Part shown: positions 54,151 through 64,000 of the stretch, piece after piece
Numbering within the stretch: the stretch's first letter is position 1
Layout: every line of letters begins with the position of its first letter
NCBI GenBank assembly: GCA_951406725.2
Contig: OX597814.1
Span: 127,224,001 to 127,288,000 of the forward strand
Reading direction: 5' to 3'
DNA length: 64,000 nucleotides
Origin: Octopus vulgaris
Taxonomy: Eukaryota
Made by a program: the position numbers and the translations under genes
Notes under the pieces: model-generated
What the model was told of the DNA's origin: nothing
Database searches by the model: none
What the model saw: only the letters and a program-made list of their open reading frames with translations

Positions 54151-55510
54151 TTTTCTAGCAATTTTTTAAATGCAAGGTATTTGTGAGCCATTTACCCTTT
54201 ATACATACAAGCAATGGACAAAAAATTAAAAATCATAATAATAAAAAAGCAGGGCATTATAAAACAAGAAGTTGCTGATTTAGGAGGTTTGTGGTTAAGA
54301 GCAGTACTGTGCAAGTATGTGAAGGGTTCCCTAATGTGAGTTACACTAAAGTTGAAAGGGGCTGAAATATTCTTGGGTCTGGCAAAAGAAACCTTGCATC
54401 TGTAAGTTTTAGCAATATAATATATGTTCATTTTTCAAGTAATATCTTCATAGATTGTGACCTAACATTTGTAGTGGCTTTGTTCACAAATAGGGAGACA
54501 GTAGTAGGAAAGTCTAACCTTTCAGCTTGAGTAGCAATCCATTTTTTGCGGCAGTTTATTTAAAGAGGTGAAGATAGTCATTTGCATCTACACCACCATC
54601 ATCAATTTTTCTGTTTTCTATATACACAGGTATGAGTTAGAGAGGTTTGTGACTAAATTTCATCTAATAACTGTGTGTACAAATCTTACACATATTTCAT
54701 ATAATTGGCTTTTGGTACAGAGAAAAGACTTTGCTGTTGTTTAACACGAGGGCAGCCCTAAATCAAGCAGACTTATGATCAAATGTATTCCAGTTGTGAC
54801 CATTCTGTTTGTTTAGGGGCAATTGAAGACTTCATTATTTAATATGTACTTTCCTTATCTAGTAAGTTGAGACCCATGCAGAGGATCTCTCGTTTGTAAA
54901 TTTTTACTAGTTTCAGATCTTACATTATGAAAATTTACTGATTAAGAGAACTAGTTTATTATGTTCAGATGATAAAGTGGCTATGAGATATAGATTACAA
55001 GAACATGATGCTGTGTATAAATATAGTACATGAACATCTACTGTACACTTCATGGTAGGATGGGTTGGATAGTTTTGCTAATTCTGATATGAGCATTAAT
55101 TCATAAATCTGCTGTTCTGAGAGTGGTAACATATTTTAAAAATTATGTGACTTATTAAAGACAGCAGAAAATGTGGAGAGGGATTTATGCAATATCCTTA
55201 GAGATGAAAAGTATATCTCAAGAATGGTATGATTTTTTATCTAGGGTGACAATGGTAAGGATAGAAATGTTCCCAAATAAATCTTAAAACAAGAAGCTGA
55301 AGTAATTTTAATAGAAAAGATGTAAATAATGATTCATTTTGAATTCTCCCCCACCACACAGATTATTTCAACTACAGTACTCTTTGGCTAGATTTTTACT
55401 TTACTGATGTTGCAAGGGAGAAAGGTAGAGTTGAGCTGTGAGCTGGAAGGAACAATATTTGATACACTGATTTGATTCTGCCATCCCTCACCAATATAAC
55501 TGATATAAAT

Positions 55511-55648
55511 GGTTGGCATTAGGAAGGGCATCCAGCCACAGAAACTATGCCAAATCAGACCAGAGTCTGGTGCAGCCTTCCAGCCCTGGTCAAACTGTCC
55601 AATCCTTGCCAGCATGGACAATGGGCATTAAATGATGATGATGATGAT
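55511..55648 (+). mobile_element. Family A 5'-truncated copy
   Basis: ggttggcattaggaagggcatccagcc...attaaatgatgatgatgatgat. Confidence 0.85.
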
Positions 55649-56391
55649 ATATCCAAAAGCATACATCAGATAGGATTCTGCATATTTTCCATCTACTAGA
55701 TTTTACTCAGAAGCTATGAGTAGACCCAAAGCAGTGAGATTCAAATCTAGCATCACACTGTTGTGAAACAAACTTCTTATCCAAACAGCCATGTATGTGC
55801 CCTCAACCACATTGCTATGCTTGCATTTACTGTGTGTACTTGAAATCTAGGCTTGAAAAATTCAATAGCTAATTTAATTCGCACAACATAAGTTACTTTC
55901 ATTTTATAAAAGATTAAGTATTTAATTACTCTTTTACACTTTTTTCAGTAATTGGACTGTGAACATTAGGCATCACCTTATAGGGTTTTAGTTGACCATA
56001 TCTACCCCAGTTCTTATTTTCTATTAGTGTGGTACTTATTTTAGCAACCTTTATTTATTGCACCATTAAATTATGGGACATAAAGACAGACATCATTTTT
56101 TTTTTCAAGTGCTGTTTAAGATAGATATAAATACAGACACATGCAAACACACACATGATGAAGTCTACCAGCTTCCCTCACAAGGAGTTAGTTGACCCAA
56201 GGTTATACTAGAAGATTGCACATAGTGGTTTGCGATGGGACTGAACCTGGGAAAAACTAGGCGTGAAGTGAATTGCTTAACCACACAGATATGCCTGCAC
56301 CTGAATTCTTAATCTTTCAATTCCTTTTCAAAGCTTAGTAAACTATGTTCAGCTGCAAATATGTTTATATATTTTAAATAGTGTTATGCAA

Positions 56392-56436
<45 letters not shown>

Positions 56437-56554
56437 TGCATGTGCATGTGCACACACACAGTAAATGCAAGGGAAGAATAAAAACATGATTTCTCACACC
56501 ATTTTAATGGCTTAGTATGAAGATCGGATAGTGTTCATGATCTCTGTACAACAC

Positions 56555-56860
56555 TCCAGGATTGGCAAGCTTGATACAGTTTATGTTCAGCCAATGTCTG
56601 TAGAAAAAACATGGGCTCTGGAGAGTTAAGTTCTGGGATGAATTATAGAGGCTAGTGTGCAGCTTAGGTGAAGAGTGATGAAAGGAAGAGAGGGAATGTG
56701 TCAGATGAGTGTATTGGCTAGGTCTGCATAGAGAAGGTCTACAGCTACCTGGTTCAGAGGAATAGAGATTGTAGTAGTAGTGATTAAGTAGGCAGGAAGA
56801 GGAGAGCACATTCCTGGGTTTGAAGCAGAAGTGTATTGATGACTGAGTCTTTGCCAATCG
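56555..56860 (-). mobile_element. Decayed LINE 3' remnant
   Basis: SSCLLNHYYYNLYSSEP in ORF 56504-56914, parallel to the fragments near 38800 and 53850. Confidence 0.4.
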
Positions 56861-57423
56861 GCTAGAAGTCTTTCTATTGAAAACGAGCTTTGACATTTCT
56901 GTGAAGCAAAACATGGGAGTTTCTTAATGTTCACACTGTATCTTTTCTTTAAACTTATAAAAAAAATATATAACTAAGTATATATTTGGCCTTGTTAAAA
57001 ATTATCTTTAAGTTATAACCCACAGATGAAACAGATGGATCTGAAAGCTGAGTTGGTTCTCATTCATGCTTGGGTTGTTATAGTGAGAACGACGAATACT
57101 TTAATCTTTCTTTCAGACTGTCATTTGGTAATGATCTTCATTGATTCACTTGTTGAAAAGTCAACTAAGGCTATGAGTTAGAGGTTCATTATATGAACAA
57201 GCCCACATTCAGTGTAGATTTATCTTGCCACAAACTGGGCATTGATATTCACTGAAATAATTTCATGGCAATTTTATTGCTTTTTATAAATAATCTTTTC
57301 AATTTACCAACACAGCCAGTTAATGTATAAATATCACAAAGGTGGGGAGTTACAAAAGACATACGTTGATCTACAAACATAGAATAATTATATAAAAAAT
57401 GTAGGGAAAGGATATTATAAGTA

Positions 57424-58290
57424 TGTGGTCTGATCAATAAGTATCCGGACTGTTGCCACAGTAACAAAACTAAAGCCGCTTGGCACAAATTGACCTTGAA
57501 CTCTGCTGTGCATGCACACTAAATTTTAATGTTCTAGCCTAATTCTGCTGTTTATAACAGTGCTTGGAAGTAATGTGTAGCATGTGTTTGTCGCACTGAC
57601 CATGGCAGAGAAAGTTGAGCAGAGAATCTGCATCAAATTTGCCAAAAACGTGGTGGTACCTGCTCAGAAGCCTACGCAAAGTTTTCATTGTTTTCAACAC
57701 AATCAAGGAGATTTTGTGCAACTGAAACTCCAGTGTCTTTTTGGTCAGCAGAAAGTAGTTGTGGCACAAACTTGGCAAACATGCATCTCATACCAAAATC
57801 TTCAGTGATAATGGACTGAATTGAACAGTAACTAATCTGCATGTCCTCTGATAACTCACAGATGGGGATTTGACTATTTCCCCTCACAGCTGCACAAGCA
57901 TCTGCAATGTTTTTCTCAGTTCTACTGGTTGCAGGTCTCCCAGAACGTTTGTCACTAGTGACATTTTTTCAGCCATCTTGGAAACGTCTGAACCACTCAT
58001 ACACTTGTGTGCAGCTCATACACTCCTCTCCATACGCTTTCTGTAACTTTGCGTTGGCCTCTGAGCAGGTATTGCCATGACAACTTTCTCTGTCATGGTC
58101 AATGCGATGATCACATATTACACATGTTATTTTGAAGCACTGCCGTAAACAGCGGAAGTGAGCTAGAACGTTAAAACTTAGTGCACATGCTCAGCAGAGT
58201 TCAAGGTCAATCTTTGCCAAGTGGCTTCAGACTGCATGCTTTAGCTTCGTTACTATGGCAACAGTCCAGATACTTATTGATCAGACTGTT
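57424..58290 (-). mobile_element. Non-autonomous mariner derivative, copy 2, inverted relative to copy 1
   Basis: TA-flanked ends TGTGGTCTGATCAATAAGTATCCGGACTG / CAGTCCAGATACTTATTGATCAGACTGTT. ORF 57672-57887 (-) contains MFAKFVPQLLSADQK; MAEKVEQRICIKF lies on the opposite strand. Confidence 0.92.
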
Positions 58291-58869
58291 TATAATATAC
58301 TTACTGAAGTATATTAAAAACCGGTAATATAAACATAAATTACACAATGTAAATAAATGCATACATGTATAACTATAAATGAATACAAATAAAGACAGTC
58401 CACATACAGGTGGAAATCTCTCACCTGGGTTTAATCAAAACACAACTTGAGCACCTTCTGTTTTAGAGGTTAGAAAGGGCTCATTCTCCCTTTGGAGTGT
58501 AAGTACAACTGTCATAGACTGTAAAAATTGGTTCTTATTGTTAGTCTATTGCTTGCGTTTTTCACATAGATGAAATGCATCTCCTCAATCTGCATGTTAA
58601 TTTTTCCATCTTTCTGCAGTTCAATTTGTTTATCAATTCCTCACTGACTACTCAAAGAACTAAATTTCCTTCAGTATAAGGAAAGAAGGGCTTCTCCTGG
58701 TATGTCACTGTTGAACATTGGTCATTCTAGGCAAGATGACCAAGGGTGGCATGAACAGAGGATGACTGTGACAGATGGACCAGGACGAGATGGAAAAAAA
58801 ATGCATGACTATGACAGGCTCAAGTGCATATTATGTATCCTAGTCCATATCACTATCCAGGTTTTATTG

Positions 58870-59326
58870 TATGTTTTGTTATGCTTGCAAAGGTGTCCAG
58901 GTTTTCTACAGCACCATACACCAATCATCACAGTTCTTTGTTATCTCCTTTATGACATGCGATATCTTGAGATCAGTCTTCATCACTTTGTCCTATATCT
59001 TTCTCAGTCTTCTTCCACTGGTTCAATTCACCTCAAGTACTCACCACTTCCTTAAACAGCTATCATCCCCCATACATCACGTCTGTACAAGTGTAGCCTT
59101 TTCTCTTACAGACAACATCCGATTCTGTTCATATCTAACTTTTCATTCAGATCATTTATACTGTTGTTCATGTACACTAACACTATACATTAGCAAGGCA
59201 CACTTGCTTCATTTCTTTCTACTTGTTACAAATCCTCTGTATTGAAGGCCCATGTCTTGCAGTTATACAACATTGCATTTCATACATAAACATTAGACAA
59301 TCAGCCCTTCATTCTGAGGGACAAAC
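58870..59326 (-). mobile_element. RTE-clade LINE 3' end remnant
   Basis: Minus-strand LSLRMKG*LSNVYV*NAMLYNCKTWAFNTEDL*QVERNEASV, followed by a decayed C-terminus. Confidence 0.72.
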
Positions 59327-60921
59327 ATGGAATTCTTTTAACACCCACTTTTTTTTTTATTATGCTATCTTTTTTTAGAACCAGTCTTGAAGAAAAAATT
59401 TTTTTATTTTGATTTGAAAGAAACCTCTTTTTTTTTAATATCAGAAATTCATTAGAGCTACAGAATTTACAACTGTAGTATCATTTTTTTTTTATACATA
59501 AATATATTTTGTTTGCAGTTGAAGTGTATAAATATATTTTATTTTCATCTGAAAGCATTAGTTACTTCAGCTTTTGAAAATTGAAACTACTGCTCAGTTT
59601 AAATTTATTAAGGATGAAAATGTAATTACAAATGTAAATAAAATATATTTATGCATTTCAAATGCAAATGAAAAATGTTTATTAAAAAAAAAAGTTCAGC
59701 AACTGTAAATCCTCTAATCCTAAAATCAGTTTCTGATTAGAAATAAAAAGAATTTTTAATTGATAAAAATTTATTTGGAGATTCAGAAACTTTGATGTTT
59801 AAAACATAGAAATTGATAGACCATCAGAAATCAAAATAATAAGCTACAGGTGGACTAAAAAAAATTTCCTGCTAAAACATGCTTGTACACACACACATAC
59901 GTATTAAATATATCTATAAATACATACAGTAAACTAGAAATTGCTCATTTAAGTCATTCTTCCAATGACTGTATATTATCTATGATGAACCATTCTCTGT
60001 ATTAACTCTGCCATTTGTTATTTACTTTTATGATGTTCTCTCATTAAGTCCCATGCTATCAAGGAAGGACATTGTATATTTAATGAGGAACAGTTTATCC
60101 TAAATTTATATTTGAATAATGCGTTCTATATCTAAATAAACAACATCACTTTTGATGGGTACTTCACTAGTTATAAAGTAGCAATTCTAAGAATACAAAA
60201 TATCTAGGAAAGTGTCAAAAGAACCTACATAAATTGATGCAAAACATAAGAATACCCCACCCCAAATGTTTTCCAACTTTAAAGAAGACAGCAAATATAA
60301 ATCAGAGACAGAACTGAAAGAATGTTGGAACCAAGTGGCTTGTGGTATTTGTTCTGATTCTTTACATTCTGAGTTAAAATCCAGCCATTGCTTAGTTTAA
60401 CACCACAACTTGGCAACTTAGGTGCCTTTAGTACAGTAAACACTACTGCAAGTATTTGGGTTGGATTTCTGGTTTGAGGATACAATAGAAAAAACAAGGT
60501 ACAAGCAAAGATTAAAAATGGTTTCAGAAAATTGTATGACCATGAGTTAAATATACCAATTCATATAAGTAATATCCAATAGATATACCTTAATCTCCCA
60601 ACTAGAGAGATGTACATACCTGCAAGAACACCACTTATACAACTATCTCTCAATACCACAAAAATTTCACAATAAACAAAAACAACACTAAAAATAATAC
60701 CATTATAACTAACACAAACAACAGCAAATCAGCTGTAAGACAAATACCTCTGCCTCCCACCCAGTAAATCAATGATACTGCATACACTATAACTTCAAAA
60801 AAATTCTCTCTAATCTAGGTACAGAAAGCTATAGTTTATTATATTGATCATAGTACGTTAATTTTATGGAGTTCAGAATGATGAAAAGTAAAGATAATCT
60901 TGGTAGAATTTGAACTCCAAA

Positions 60922-61165
60922 GTTAAAGGTAAAGGCGGTGAAGCTGGCAGAATCGTTAGCGTGCCGGGTGAAATGCTTAGCAGTATTTCGTCTGCCGCTA
61001 CATCCTGAGTTCAAATTCCGCTGAGGTTGACTTTGCTTTTCATCCTTTCGGGGTCGATAAATTAAGTACCAGTTGCGCACTGGGGTTGATGTAATCGACT
61101 TAATCCCTTTGTCTGTGCTTGTTTGTGCCCTCTATGTTTAGCCCCTTGTGGGCAATAAAGAAATA
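60922..61165 (+). mobile_element. tRNA-derived SINE family B, full length, 17-bp TSD
   Basis: A-box-like gctggcagaatcgttagc, B box gagttcaaattcc, core catcctttcggggtcgataaattaagtaccag. AGAATTTGAACTCCAAA is duplicated at 60905-60921 and 61166-61182. Confidence 0.92.
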
Positions 61166-62913
61166 AGAATTTGAACTCCAAACAAAATACAAAGCATTTT
61201 TTCCCAGTGTTCTAATGATTCTACTAATCTACCACCCTCAAAATTAATACTGAAAAATTATATAATATAAAATAAAAGAGAGGCTCTACATTGGAAGTCA
61301 ACAAAAGCCTCTATGTAGTTGCATGACATATTAGTAATAGCAACCAAACATCTCACAACCACTTCCTACTGTCTTACGGAAAGAATACATTGAATGAAGC
61401 TGCACTACATGGTTCTAAAATGTACGATAGCCATAACTAGATTCATTTTCCTCATGTGTTTGCTTAAATCAGGTTGATCTAGGGCTAAACAATAACTGAA
61501 AATCATGATATGAAGCTACTGGAAAATATCTGACAGCCCTGATATAATACAATATTTCATTGAAGCATGTTCAGTTGATTAGATAATCTATCTACTCTAT
61601 TCACTGAAGCTCATATCTTCAATTTACTCAGTTAAATATTCTTATTTTATCCCCCTCAGTTAAATATTGTGGACATGAAGTCCAACAAACATTTAACCCA
61701 TGACAATGATGAAGAAACAGAGGCAAAGCTAATGCAGTTTAACTCAAATTTATTTATAGGTGACACTAAGCATTGCAGGTCAAAACCACTTTATTTTATT
61801 AAATTTGTTCATAATGTTAATAATATGAAAGCTATATGAAGTAGGTTTCGATGTTAATTGAGCAATTAAGATAACTTACATCATAATAAATAGACATCCA
61901 ATTGAATATAATTGGATACTGTGCAAAACCATTATCATAGACTCAGTAGGATGAAAGACAATGTAAAGTCCAAAAGGATTTTAATACAAACCATCTTCTA
62001 GGACTTAAAGTTCCCTTTAATATTTAGTTCTGGGTTCATGATTTTTTTCTAAAACATCCTCTTCTATTTCCATAAAAAGTAGGTAGCACACAACATAAGA
62101 GATGTAACGCATTCAATACTGGTCAACCAGCTTTTGCCATTTACCCAAATTCATGGCAAAGTGAAACAGCATGACCAAATATTACTTTGTATCTAGTTAA
62201 ATCCTTCTTTACTTAGGAATGCTCACGAAACAAATGAGAAAGACCTTCCACTGGTTAAGATGCTAATTTAATGCAAATAATATTCTCAGATGATTGAATA
62301 CCTTGGGTGAATTGAAGTGATATAGAATAGAAGAGGACACAGTAATGTTAACAGCAGTAAATTCAAGCTCTTGGCACATTTTGTGACTATTGCTGAACAC
62401 GGACCAACTTCAAGGAGCTGGATGTTCTTTGAAGAGAAGACAATAAAGCGTAGTGGAGAAAATGATTCACAAAATAAAATCTCTTGTAGCTATTGCTCAA
62501 TATTTATAATTAATAACAAAAGTGCTAATACATTCAGAGATAGGAGAAATTGTTAGCGATGCTCTCTGCCATCTCCTTTTTTGTTTTAATACTTGCTTTC
62601 CTATGTTGGTATAGAGTGGACATACCTTGCAGGCTCTATTAACCCCCTCTGACATGCTTATTAGAAATAACAAAGACCTATTCTAAATCATATAATATTG
62701 ATGATGATGATGGTTATGTTAATGACTAAGATATCAAACACTAATTGAGATAAAAAAGAAAAGAAAACTAGTAATATTCATAAATGCAGGGAAGTAATGT
62801 ATAGGTGTTTTCATAGATTATATAAAGTATTTATTAGACTAAAACGAACTACTAATTGTGAGAGTAATGAAATGATAATTGGCAGATGAGTTTACAGCAA
62901 TCATAAGTTAAAG

Positions 62914-62952
62914 CAGTGGTTCCTAACCTGTGGCCCATAAACTAAATTCAAA

Positions 62953-63000
<48 letters not shown>

Positions 63001-63104
63001 CATATATAACATATATATATAAGTATATATAATATAAAGGGGTCTGTGGGAAAACTCATTTAAATAAAAGGGGTCCTTGGTAGTGAAAAGGTTGGGAACC
63101 ACTC
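62914..63104. mobile_element. hAT-type MITE containing an (AT)n expansion
   Basis: Ends CAGTGGTTCCTAACCT / AGGTTGGGAACCACTC; degenerate 8-bp TSD agttaaag / agctaagc. Confidence 0.75.
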
Positions 63105-64000
63105 AGCTAAGCGATAAATTTATACCAAGGAAAAAAGGTAAGGGTTAGTTGTCTGAAGTTAGAAATGAGTTTTGTGTTAAGCTTTTGTTTTCTATTAAAA
63201 GTCAGTTTTATTTCATTACAGCATCTACATAGATCACTAAAACTTGGGTTTATAAGTTTTTCCTATCCTTAATACCATATGTGGTTGGTTAAGAGTGCTA
63301 ATAATGATCATATATATAAATTTCTGAATAACTAAAGTTCTACATATCTCTTATTAACCAACTTTATCATGTAACAAAGCTGCCATCTAATCAGGCACAT
63401 TATTACAATATACACAACTCATACATTTAATCACTGCAAAATTTTCTCATATTTTCCTCTAACTCGCAAACATTAAAACTAAGGTATCTTATCCTCTTTA
63501 GAAAAAAAACCAAAAAAAAAAAAAACCCAGAAACATAAACACTGTTGAAATTCAAGTACATATATAATTTAAATTAATGGTTCTAAAAATTTATTTTGCA
63601 TAAAATAGGAAAACCATTTGTATCTATATTTGACAAAATAAGCCAATATATTTTTCACATACATTGGATATTTTAAAAAGGTATTTTCCATTAGCTGTAT
63701 TAAAATTGTATGTGTGTATGTGTGAGCGCGCGCACACACATACACACACGTGTACATGGTTGAGCATGGTCTTCCAAATGTTAGAAAGTATGAGTCAAAT
63801 GAAATATTAAAAATCTTATTTCAAATTATTACAAACTATGGTAAATGTTGCATTTCAAACACATAGACAAACGATAAAAATACATACATAAGCACAAGAC
63901 GTAGACCCCACCCCATATACATATAAGAATATAGCATTTTATGAATGAACACTATTTTAGTGTGCGATTGAAATGAAAGCAAATTTTGAAGACAGAAAAC

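Noticed and set aside
60933-61030. tRNA gene
   Set aside because: The A and B boxes belong to a SINE head that continues into a SINE body with a TSD; no cloverleaf could be built.
36235-64000. G(o) alpha exons 1-3
   Set aside because: No GAGESGKS, IIHE..F or VYSNT-coding sequence found by eye; they are presumed to lie beyond the window, though a miss cannot be excluded without tblastn.

Overview
AT-rich eukaryotic DNA, almost certainly an octopus or other coleoid cephalopod (inferred from the SINE and MITE families present). The only host gene is a heterotrimeric G-protein G(o) alpha subunit (GNAO-type) on the minus strand. Coding exons 4-8 lie at 36234-36074, 23018-22890, 15099-14970, 13964-13811 and 12698-12511 (161/129/130/154/188 nt, all GT-AG, 253 codons plus stop, ending ...NNLRGCGLY*). 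I did not find exons 1-3, so they probably lie beyond 64000 and intron 3 would exceed 27 kb. A transposon-poor stretch from 12510 down to about 4740 looks like a very long 3'UTR. The introns hold decayed mobile DNA: a full-length DD34E Tc1, two inverted copies of a fold-back mariner derivative, Penelope, Gypsy, RTE and other LINE remnants, tRNA-derived SINEs, hAT, piggyBac and pogo-type MITEs, and minisatellites. The most interesting signals are a candidate in-frame 12-nt microexon (SQLQ) in intron 3, the inverted mariner pair that brackets it, several long hairpins in the pre-mRNA (possible ADAR substrates), and a fragmented 35-bp repeat array running through intron 4. No prokaryote-type system (CRISPR, operon) is supported.
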